NCBI GenBank assembly: GCA_964016885.1
Contig: OZ024743.1
Coordinates: 99,510,001 to 99,574,000, forward strand
Length of the DNA stretch: 64,000 nucleotides
Reading direction: 5' to 3'
Source of the DNA: Eledone cirrhosa
Taxonomy: Eukaryota
Below are positions 12,149 to 23,500 of the stretch, piece after piece. Both the position numbers and the translations under genes were made by a program. The first letter of the stretch is position 1. Each line of letters begins with the position of its first letter. A model generated the notes under the pieces. It was not told the origin of the DNA, searched no databases, and saw only the letters and a list, made by a program, of their open reading frames with translations.

Positions 12149-14094
12149 ATTATTTGTACCAACTTTCACTTATGACATCAATAAGTCCTGTTATTTATAA
12201 ATTCAAGTTTCAATCAAAGTTCAGCTACAAATACTGTTTTTCAGTTATTAATATTTTCAATATTTATTGTTCATCAATAATTAACATTTGTTTTAGTCAT
12301 TAAAATTTTCTGTTAATAACTAACTTCCATGCTAATAATCAAAGTGGCAGTAATGTTACTGACAGAAATGTAGTCAAATATTTTACAATAGCCTTGTGGC
12401 AATAATATTGTAGAATCTGATGCTATTTTGAAATGCTTAAATGAGCTGTGTCCCTAAACCTCCAAGGCTTATTAAACTGGTGATTAGCTCTAACACTCTG
12501 AAGTATTAAGTAGTTGAAAAGTGAATCTTTTGTATGGAAGGTTATATTCTTTGAAGACCTTATGCTCATTTCACATGAATAAAGAAATTAAAATATTCAG
12601 AATTAAATGTCCTGGGTCACTGTTAACCACTTGTAGCACAATTAGCCCAAAGCATATGAACTGATAGTCAATTCCTTCTGATTTGTCTCTAATTAGATAC
12701 TAAAGAAAATATGAAAAATCACTAAAGTATTTGAAGCAAGTGTTATAAAACAAGTGTTAGATATATCACAGAAGATAAAAACTATGACAAAATCTAAAAC
12801 AGAACATTTAATTTTGGACTTTGTATGACGTTATCGTTACCTGTTATACATGATTTAAAACAATTTATTAAAGAGAGAAACTACAAGATCAGGGCTAAGA
12901 CTGTCGAATATACAACATTGTAGATGTTGATCTGATACAAAGCAAAGATGTTTGAGGAAGACATGGCCAATTAGTTTATTTCAATTATATGTTATCCTTG
13001 CTCATGGCAAACAATGGACAATAAAATTGCAACAATAGCAACAGCTGTAGCAGCAATAGTCTTATCAGCCATGTTGATTAGACTATCTCCCAGTGGGCCT
13101 CAAAATAACCACTACATCAACTGTTTCCTCCCTAAAACATCTGGAACTCCCTCTTTTCATGTCGTCCCATTAGGAGTCCTGGAGCATCAACAGTATCAAT
13201 CTCTCCAGTCTTGGGGGGCTTGTGAAGTCCATGGACACCGCCCTTCCTCCAGATTTACCAAGCAAAAAAATGTTAAAAAGTCAAGACTGTTAACTTTCAG
13301 CAGATAAGTCCACCAAGATCTAAGTAGATACCTCAGACATATCTTCCTTGTAAGAGGCAGCAACAATGTGGCACACTGACCTACAAAGCTGAGTTTAATT
13401 CTTTTAATAAGAAACTCTGTCTGCACTTGTCTGGCATCATAAACAGAGAGGGAGATTTATATCTCATCTGCTTAACACTGAGTTAAATGATTTCCAAGGG
13501 TTTTTGTTATCCACTGACAATTAGTGTTCATTTCCTACTTGGTGAAATTAAGTGCAAAAAAATTCCAAATAAATGCAAATGGAGAAAACAAGGGGAAAAT
13601 AGTTCTTCTGTTAAATGATTAATTAGAAGGAAGAAGTAATTATGTCATGAAAGAAAATATGAAATACTTAAAATAAACTACAAACATTTAAGATAGTATA
13701 CGGTAGATGTCATAAAATGAAAATTATATGGCTTCACTTATAACAAAGAAATTCAATTCTGTGAGCAGAGAAGCATTAATATTAAAATATTACTAACTTG
13801 TGTGGTGAATCTTAGGAGATGAAAAGCACAATTGTTTTAATATGAGTCCAACAACAGAAACTAATTTGTTTGAAACTAACTTAATTCATGTACTAAATAA
13901 AATTGAACTCCTAATACATGTCCTAGTTTAAAATAAAACTGACAAAAACTGAGCTTTCATGTTTCTTAACACTTTCATTACCACATTTCTAATGAAAGAC
14001 ACTGCCTCCTCTGATTTTCAAATAATTTTGAAAGTATTGAAGAATTTGACTGCACCTGTCAATCCTGTCCATGATGACAGAATTGACATGTGCA

Positions 14095-14535
14095 GCTGGG
14101 TTGACAGTGGTATCAAGACTGACAGGAGTAGGATCAGTTGGCTGGAATTTGCAGATGACATGGTATTACTTAACTATTCAGAAGGTGGTCTCTGATCTCT
14201 GACATGTACTTGATAGGTTTGCTACCAAGTGCTGCACAACAGGAATGAAATTCAGTGCTGTGGAGACATTCATCCTTTCAAAGAAGCCTGTGCAATACAC
14301 TCTACATGTGAATGGAGTTCCACTGAAGCAATTGGAAACGTTCATGTATCTTAGGACTGTGTTTACAAATGATGGAAGATAGAATTAAATGCAAGAATTG
14401 CTGAAGCTGGTACAGTAACAGCTTCAGCATTCAGTCATCAGAAGAAGAGAGGTAGGTATAAAAGCCAAATTCACTATCTTCAGTTTGCTACTATGGTCAT
14501 GAGTCTTGGGTATTGACCTAAAGAATATGGTCATG
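14095..14535 (+). mobile_element. Decayed RTE-clade LINE RT fragment
   Basis: ISWLEFADDMVLL (FADD motif), then VNGVPLKQLETFMYL and YGHESWVLT in shifted frames. Confidence 0.75.
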
Positions 14536-14814
14536 AACGTAAAGGGCCATAACTATGCTGCAACTTTGTCATTATAAAGCTGGGGTTTTGAACAGCTTAA
14601 AAGGTTCTTACATAATAAAATCATAATCGGTGGTTTTTACATTAATATATATACTTTAAAATAAACAGTTTAGTATCATAGAATCAGGGGCTGTTTCAGA
14701 TGGTTTGGTATAACGGTTAAAATGTACCTACACAGGAGACTTGGCTGCTGTTTCTAGTATGTTGAGTAACCACATTAACTGAAAATCCATATGTAATAGA
14801 ACTACTGCCATTAT

Positions 14815-14950
14815 TGGATTGGCAGTATTGATAGAGCATCGAACACCATGCTTTATATTCTGAGTTCAAATCCCACTGAGGTTAGCATTGCCTTTCATCC
14901 TCACGGGGTCAATAAAATAAAACACCAGTAATGTATTGAGGTTGATTTAA
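14815..14950 (+). mobile_element. SINE family A copy (diverged)
   Basis: GGATTGGCAGTATTGATAGAG...GAGTTCAAATCCCACTGAGGTTAGCATTGCCTTTCATCCTCACGGGGTCAATAAAATAAA. Confidence 0.78.
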
Positions 14951-15879
14951 CCAACCCCCCCCCCCCCTCCCAAAATTGTTGTGACAAAGCTGGCTCTTTG
15001 AATTACTAGTGCAGTCCATCTGCTTTCCAAGCAGTTTTCATCTTCCCAATTTCACTTGAAGGGCATGCAGTAACCTGAAGCTGTGGTATACCATACTTGC
15101 CACACTTGATACCATGCTGTGGGATCAGCCCAGGACCTAATGGTTGCGAAGTGAACTTCTTAACAGAATGAAATTAGGGAAATGGAAACTAATTAGAAGC
15201 TGGTCAGAAGACAATACTTATTATTTAGTGGTAGATTTAATACTTCATCTGGTTTAATATAACTACTTGGACCTTGGGTGCTTTAACAAATTTCACTCAC
15301 AATAGGAAGTGAATTGAAAGATATTTAGCCGCTATTTCTAGCAGGTCAAGTGACCACATGAAGGCTTCTTTGTTGGGTCTAATGATTGCAAAGCAAACTT
15401 ATAAACCACTTTATATTTTACAAAATAGGCTCTAGGTAATAGATTTGTGAAAAGTCCTTGAATATAAGATTGCAAAATAAGGTATGTTGTTTTTATATGT
15501 GTTTTGCAAGATGTTTTATGTGAAATCATATGTTGAAATAGATATTTTTTTTATTTTGGGAGGGTCATTTCCCAATCAAAACAACCTGTGAATGTGTTTT
15601 CATTCCAAAATACAATATGAAATAAGGAGTTATGCATTTGTGTGTGTGTGACTTTTATGCTATTTTACATGAATTTCCTATGATAGCTTGAGCCCTCTGG
15701 TTTTATTTGAAGAATGCAATACACCAAGCAGCAAAGCAGAGTGAAATTCATTCACAAAAGTATAAAGACTTGTGACTTTATAACTTCACAGTTATCATGT
15801 GTGATTATTATTGCACACACACGCATTAACACGGACACACATGCACAAACAGACTTTTAAAAAATATAGAAATCCTTAC

Positions 15880-16008
15880 CTTGCTGTTACGGTCATTGAT
15901 AAGTTCAATTGACCAACGGCCTTCATGTTTTATCCATACAAAAATGATACCATGTGCATCACATGTGGCCAATTTCTGATATGGTTCATTCCATCTTACA
16001 AGAACAAC
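15880..16008 (-). CDS. TULP4: Internal coding exon of Tubby-related protein 4 (N-terminal WD40 region), 129 bp, phase 0/0
   Basis: Translates VVLVRWNEPYQKLATCDAHGIIFVWIKHEGRWSIELINDRNSK, closely matching vertebrate TULP4 as I recall it (VVLVRWNEPYQKLATCDADGGIFVWIQYEGRWSVELVNDRG). On the minus strand it is preceded by a pyrimidine tract and acceptor (TTTTTACAG, G at 16009) and followed by donor GTAAGG (from 15879). Confidence 0.93.
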
Positions 16009-16934
16009 CTGTAAAAATACACAGAACAATGATGTTCAATATGAAAAATTCCAGTTCCATTCTGAAGAAATGTATATATTTAGCAGTATCAAAGGTAAAA
16101 TTCAGTCAAAATTATTCTTGTGTTAATGTTGCTGCATAACTTCATAGTAACAAGTCACTCTGATGCACACATCAATTTTACATTATACTGCTTTTACATT
16201 AATTCCACAAGCATTTTCAGACTGCTTCAAAGCTCTGGTTCATTAGCTCATTAGGCAATGTTAGACTTGTAAATCAAAGCATCTTTCTTTCTTTTTTGCT
16301 TTCCTTTCATTAAAACAGTTTTTTTAAGTGCTGAAACAAGATATGGAACAAGTAATAATTCAAACAGTTACATAACCATTTGAAATGAGCAAAACCAAAA
16401 AAGGATATATGTGGGTGTATATATATATATATATATATATATATTGATCCAAATGAGAATTGAAGACATCACAGCAATCAAACTAACAGAAATATCAAAA
16501 TGAAGTGTTGTATCTAAAAATACTGTCTAGTTTATGGTTTATAAAATAAAAAAAATTTATGTAAGATAAAATATACAAACAAAAAACATTTCAAGCAAAC
16601 AAAATTAAATTAAATTGTTTAGATCCCAAGTCAAGACTGATTGAGCAAACCTTTGATCAAAACTATTTCAACCGTGATTAACACATCTGTGTAAAGTATC
16701 TATGGTATGTTTCCATTTTTAATATGGTAGAGTGTGATTTGAGGGAAATTTGACTGCTATTTGTAGTAGGTTAAGTGAGCAAGCTAATTCACTAAGCTTG
16801 AAGTACAATGAAGTAGCAAAACTGTACCCATTGAATATTAGATTTGGCTCAGTATTGCTTTAACTCCTGGCATTCCTGATTCTATTTTTTTTTTTTTTTT
16901 TTTTAGATTTATTCATTATATAAATTTAAAATAT

Positions 16935-17182
16935 TTAAACCTTTTGGGACCAAACCAAAAGAAACTGATCTTGGTTGTATGAAGCTGTTTATTTTAAAGT
17001 GTTTACATTTCTCTAAACACCTACCAGCCTAATTTTATGTAAGAATCTTTATTCAGTTCCAAACACCAGCATAATAATGAGAATACTAGTTATATCACTA
17101 AATCCAACCAAGTTCTTGATTACTTTCAAAATTATTTAAAAATCATAGGTAATGTTTTTAAATATGGTAACAAAATGGTTAA
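16935..17182. mobile_element. TTAA-bounded non-autonomous DNA transposon (MITE) family. Other copies or fragments at ~14590-14720, 17300-17378, 17801-17990, 19660-19895, 27934-28363, 28522-29040, 31780-31912, 36815-37100, 37508-37714.
   Basis: Ends of the form TTAA(C/A)CCTTTTG...CAAAA(A/T)GGTTAA. Internal motifs TTTCATTAGAAATATGG, TAAGAACCTTTGTTAAG and TTCTATGATACAAA recur in both orientations. TTAA|CC termini suggest the piggyBac superfamily (inference). Confidence 0.65.
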
Positions 17183-18031
17183 ACCATATATTCACAAGGG
17201 TTAGATACCCAAAACTACTCTAAGGCCAGAAATTCATTCTTACATTCATTTGTTTTCCTTTAGTCAGCCCTGATTAAGCAGACTTATGATAGCTCTAACT
17301 ATTATTTTGATTAGTTTCAAAGTTATTTGAAAATCATATGCAGTGACTTCCATTAGAAATGTGGAAACAAAAAGGTTAAACTAATCTTGAACAATAGTTT
17401 TACCAGGAAATATACATTTTCATTTTGCTATAACCTATTACTCTCTAACTGAAACATAAACTGAACATTTATTGATAGTCAATTGCTGGTAACTTCTAGA
17501 TTTTTGTCTGCTAATACCATCTAATCTCTATTATTGTCATGTTGGTATCATCAAAGTTTATTACATACTCCATTGCATCTATCTTGCATGGTCCTCTTCT
17601 ATAAACTGTCTTTCAGATTTCATTCCTGTAACTACTGACCAGAAGAAATTTGGAGCAAAGCAAAATTATAAGCTACATCGATCTTAAATTGCTCTTTGAC
17701 CAAGATGATTGCATGAATTTTTTCTCTAAAATATATAATCAAAAAGCACTCAAAAGAGTGGTGAACAACACATAAATAAATAAATAGTTATCCATATTGA
17801 ATTAACCCCTTTGATAGCAAACTACCTGAAAGTTCCCCTGGTTCTACCATATAAAAACTGTTATTTGAAAGTTTTTATACTTACCAAAAAAACCTTCCAT
17901 CATAATTTTACATTAAGTTATACTACAAACACCTGTTTAACTCCTTTGTTACCTTATTTCTAATGAAATTCACTGCAATTGATGAAAACGTTTTATGAAT
18001 TTACCACAATTATTAATTATTTAATAATAAT

Positions 18032-18219
18032 TGTTTCTACTTTTGGCACAAGGCCAGCAATTACACAGTCGATTACTGGTACTTTATTTTATCGCCCCCG
18101 TAAGGATGAAAGGCAAAGTTAACCTCGGCGGGATTTGAACTCAGAATGGGAAGGGCTGTAACTCTATGTGTCAAAGCATGGCGTCCGACTCTCTACCGAT
18201 ACTGCCAATCCACCACCTT
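18032..18219 (-). mobile_element. Full-length SINE family A copy
   Basis: The reverse complement differs from 11745-11935 at about 11 of ~190 positions by eye. Flanked by TTATTTAATAATAAT on both sides. Confidence 0.9.
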
Positions 18220-18224
18220 ATTAT

Positions 18225-18264
<40 letters not shown>

Positions 18265-19650
18265 AAATATTGTGTACAGTGCTCAGGTGCACTACAACTC
18301 ATCAAAAGTGTATGTATAGTACATAGTGTAATGCACAAACGTCAGGAAAATGAACAGTGCATGAGTCATGATATACACATGTGTATGGAAGGGGGAATAT
18401 TAGGTGTAGTTTTGGCGAATTTCGGGAAGCATGAGGGTTTTAAAGGATGCAGTGTCTCGGCAGCTAACAACTGACGCAGGCAGTTTGTTCCATGCTTCAG
18501 CAACTCTAAGCGTGAAAAAATGTTTCCGAAAGTCATGGGAGCTGTGCTGTTTTCTGACTTTGTAGGCATGTCCACGTGTGTTAGACACATGGAGATCAAA
18601 AAGGTGCTCAGGGTTGTTGTTGGCGAGATGGTTAATAACTTTGTGGGTGTTTACCAAGTCCATTGCCAGACGTCTGAGCAAGATGGGAGTTCCAGACTGA
18701 TGATTCGAATTCCAAGTGTGGTCGTACCACAGCTTTAAATAGATGGCTGGAGAGCGGCTAACAAAAGTTTTGCTGAGTGATGCCAAGACACCCTTGGCCT
18801 TCTTGACAATTTTAAAGATGTGCTTTGTCCAACGCAAATCGCTGCTGACAGTAATGCCCAGGTCACGTTCACAAGAGGATTTCTTAATATCGGTGTTGTG
18901 GAGGGAGTATGTGGACACTGGATTTTTCCTCCCAAAATGCATGGTGGTACACTTGTCCACAGCCAGCTTCAGTTGCCAGTCTGTGATCCATTGCTGCATT
19001 GTGTCCAGGTCTGATTGTAGGAAAGAGTTATAGATTTCAGGATCTGTCGTTTTGATTTCAAGGTACAGCTTGATGTCATCTGCATATTTCAGTACTGTAG
19101 CATTCTTCAAGTTGGCATCTATGTCATTAATGTATTCAACAAACAAAAGGGGACCAAGAACAGATCCCTGTGGTACACCAGATGACATCTTATATGGTGA
19201 AGAATGCTGTCCTAGAACCGTGACTCCCTCTTTTCGGCTGAGAATGAAGGATTTCAACCAAATAAAAAGATCATCCTTCACACCCATTGCAGAGAGTTTC
19301 GCCATATGTCTTTTGTGTGGCACAGAATTAAAAGCCTTATCAAAGTCAAGGTAAACAACATCCACCCATGAGCCACTGTCAGTGATCCGGGTAATGTCTT
19401 CAAGGAACTCGATAAGCTGATCACAGCAGCTGGAGTTAGGGATAAATCCAAATTGCGAGGGCCGGATGAGGCTGTGAGAACTCCAGAAGTTCCAAATATT
19501 TCTCTGACACAGGATTCCATCGGTTTCACAATACAGCTAGTAAGACTGACTGGACGATAGTTGACAGGTGATGTGCAGCCACCCTTTTTGAACAGGGGAA
19601 TGACACTGGCAGTTTTCCACTGCTCCGGAGTAGCACCATTGTTGAGACAG
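18225..19650 (-). mobile_element. 5'-truncated CR1-like LINE (RT domain, 3' UTR, (ATT)n tail)
   Basis: ORF 18400-19365 contains VYLDFDKAFNSVPH, SGVPQGSVLGPLLF, KYADDIKLY, ERDLGI and FFTLRVAEAWNKLP. Upstream sequence encodes VIPLFKKG...NYRPVSLTS. The (TAA)n run at ~18225-18262 is the tail. Confidence 0.92.
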
Positions 19651-20577
19651 TAGCTTCAGAGTAGCATCATTGTTATGATGGCATTTCTAACATAAACTTA
19701 ATAGATTCTTATATCAAATTAAATCAGAAGGTTTTAGAATATGTGGTTTGGGGCGGGATGGTATCAAAAGGATTAATAAGAAGAAAATTAGTTTTATTAC
19801 TAAATCCCTCTAAATTCTTGATTATTTTCAAAATGATTTAAAAATCATAGACTGTCTGTCTTTCATTAGAAAATAAATGGTAACAAAAAGGTTAAAGCAT
19901 CAGACTGACCATTATACAATGAATTAAATTATTAAAGGTGTTAAGCCAAGTAAATAGATGGCAATTTGAAATAAAATTCATTAAAATTTAAACAGTATCA
20001 TACACTAGTTATTAAAAGATGTTAAATTGTCCAAATATATTTAATAACTAAATTCTTTAATAATCAAAATATCTAAATAAGTCTTTCTTTCAAAGATGAA
20101 TGAAGGGAAAATATCATCAAACAATGCCACAATATCTGTGTTGATATTTAAAGACATGAAAACCTCCCTAGTGTTGGTGCCATCGGAAAATGCACCTAGT
20201 ACACACTGTAGAATACGGGAATGCATGTAAGTATAATGTAGCCTCCTGCTCACTTGAGGAATTGGTAGGTCTGATTAAGTACTGACTTGCTCTCTAATGA
20301 CATGTCCAATCCTTACTCTCAAGGAAAATGGACAGAGGAGGAGGAGTGCAATGATGATGATGATGATAATGATGTTCCTAGATTTGAATTTATTTACCTT
20401 TGCAGATATATACAATTTTGAAGCACTGGCATAGTTTTGTTGTTTATTAAACAACATAATTATTTGTTCTAAAGTTAACATGTATTTATATGGAAGCCAA
20501 ATATTTATATGCAAGCCAAATCACAAAAGAAAACAAATATAGAAACAACACATGGTCAGATTTTTCCCTATGCAACA

Positions 20578-23500
20578 ACGATAATACGATATTGCTCTTA
20601 GTTCTATAATACGAAATTGCTCTTAGTTCTATAATACGAAATTGCTCTTAGTTCTATAATACGAAATTGCTCTTAGTTCTATAATACGAAATTGCTCTTA
20701 GTTCTATAATACTAAATTGCTTTTAGTTCTATAGTACTAAATTGCTCAAAGTTCTATAATACTAAATTGCTTTTAGTTCTATAATACTAAATTGCTCTTA
20801 GTTCTATAATACTAAATTGCTCTTAGTTCTATAATACTTAATTGTTCAAAGTTCTATAATACTAAATTGCTCTTACTTCTATCATACGAAATTGCTCTTA
20901 GTTCTATAATACGAAATTGCTCTTAGTTCTATAATACTAAATTGCTTTTAGTTCTATAATACTAAATTGCTCAAAGTTCTATAATACTAAATTGCTTTTA
21001 GTTCTATAATACTAAACTGCTCTTAGTTCGATAATACTAAATTGCTCTTAGTTCTATAATACTTAATTGCTCAAAGTTCTATAATACTAAATTGCTTTTA
21101 GTTCTATAATACTAAATTGCTCTTAGTTCTATAATACTAAATTGCTCTTAGTTCTATAATACTTAATTGCTCAAAGTTCTATAATACTAAATTGCTCTTA
21201 CTTCTATCATACTAAATTGCTCTTAGTTCTATAATACTAAATTGCTCTTAGTTCTATAATACTAAATTGCTCTTAGTTCTATAGTACTAAATTGCTCAAA
21301 GTTCTATAATACTAAATTGCTTTTAGTTCTATAATACTAAAGTGCTATTAGTTCTATAATATTAAATTTCTCTTAGTTCTATAATACTAAATTGCTCTTA
21401 GTTCTATAATACTTAATTGCTCAAAGTTCTATAATACTAAATTGCTTTTAATTCTATAATACTAAATTGCTCTTAGTTCTATAATACTAAATTGCTCTTA
21501 GTTCTATAATACTTAATTGCTCAAAGTTCTATAATACTAAATTGCTCTTACTTCTACCATACGAAATTGCTCTTAGTTCTATAATACGAAATTGCTCTTA
21601 GTTCTATAATACTAAATTGCTTTTAGTTCTATAATACTAAATTGCTCAAAGTTCTATAATACTAAATTGCTTTTAGTTCTATAATACTAAACTGCTCTTA
21701 GTTCTATAATACTTAATTGCTCAAAGTTCTATAATACTAAATTGCTTTTAGTTCTATAATACTAAATTGCTCTTAGTTCTATAATACTAAATTGCTTTTA
21801 GTTCTATCATACTAAATTGCTCTTAGTTCTATAATACTAAATTGCTCTTAGTTCTATAATACTAAATTGCTCTTAGTTCTATAATACTTAATTGCTCAAA
21901 GTTCTATAATACTAAATTGCTTTTAGTTCTATAATACTAAATTGCTCTTAGTTCTATAATACTTAATTGCTCAAAGTTCTATAATACTAAATTGCTCTTA
22001 CTTCTATCATACTAAATTGCTCTTAGTTCTATAATACTAAATTGCTCTTAGTTCTATAATACTAAATTGCTCTTAGTTCTATAATACTAAACTGTTCTTA
22101 GTTCTATAATACTAAATTGCTTTAGTTCTATAATACTAAATTGCTCTTAGTTCTATAATACTAAACTGCTCTTAGTTCTATAATACTAAATTGCTCTTAG
22201 CTCTATAATACTTAATTGCTCAAAGTTCTATAATACTAAATTGCTCTTAGTTCTATAATACTAAATTGCTTTTAGTTCTATAATACTAAATTGCTCTTAG
22301 TTCTATAATACTTAATTGCTCAAAGTTCTATAATACTAAATTGCTTTTAGTTCTACAATACTAAACTGCTCTTAGTTCTATAATACTAAACTGCTCTTAG
22401 TTCTATAATACTTAATTGCTCAAAGTTCTATAATACTAAATTGCTTTTAGTTCTATAATACTAAATTGCTCTTAGTTCTATAATACTAAATTGCTTTTAG
22501 TTCTATAATACTAAACTGCTCTTAGTTCTATAACACTAAATTGCTCTTAGTTCTATAATACTAAATTGCTTTTAGTTCTATAGAACTAAACTGCTCTTAG
22601 TTCTATAATACTAAATTGCTCTTAGTTCTATAATACTAAATTGCTTTTACTTCTATAATACTAAACTGCTCTTAGTTCTATAATACTAAATTGCTCTTAG
22701 TTCTATAGAACTAAATTGCTCTTAGTTCTATAATACTAAATTGCTCTTAGTTCTATAATACTAAATTGCTCTCAGTTCTATAATACTAAATTGCTCTCAG
22801 TTCTATAATACTAAGTTGCTCTTAGTTCTATAGAACTAAATTGCTCTTAGTTCTATAATACTAAATTGCTCTTAGTTCTATAATACTAAACTGCTTTTCC
22901 TTCTATAAAACTAAACTGCTCTTAGTTCTATAATACTAAATTGCTCTTAGTTCTATAGAACTAAATTGCTCTTAGTTCTATAATACTAAATTGCTCTTAG
23001 TTCTATAATACTTAATTGTTCAAAGTTCTATAATACTAAATTGCTCTTACTTCTATCATACGAAATTGCTCTTAGTTCTATAATACGAAATTGCTCTTAG
23101 TTCTATAATACTAAATTGCTTTTAGTTCTATAATACTAAATTGCTCAAAGTTCTATAATACTAAATTGCTTTTAGTTCTATAATACTAAACTGCTCTTAG
23201 TTCGATAATACTAAATTGCTCTTAGTTCTATAATACTTAATTGCTCAAAGTTCTATAATACTAAATTGCTTTTAGTTCTATAATACTAAATTGCTCTTAG
23301 TTCTATAATACTAAATTGCTCTTAGTTCTATAATACTTAATTGCTCAAAGTTCTATAATACTAAATTGCTCTTACTTCTATCATACTAAATTGCTCTTAG
23401 TTCTATAATACTAAATTGCTCTTAGTTCTATAATACTAAATTGCTCTTAGTTCTATAGTACTAAATTGCTCAAAGTTCTATAATACTAAATTGCTTTTAG

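Noticed and set aside
13014-13426. ORF with a signal-peptide-like N-terminus (MDNKIATIATAVAAIVLSAML)
   Set aside because: The hydrophobic stretch derives from a degenerate (GCA/ACA) triplet tract, with no recognisable homology or splice support.
1-15879. Next TULP4 exon (expected to begin roughly V.DF.WSHDG)
   Set aside because: Not found by eye or in the ORF track. It probably lies outside the window, though a short exon could have been missed.
18400-19365. Intact or domesticated reverse transcriptase gene
   Set aside because: It is a 5'-truncated LINE with internal deletions and frameshifts upstream, and it lacks an endonuclease domain.
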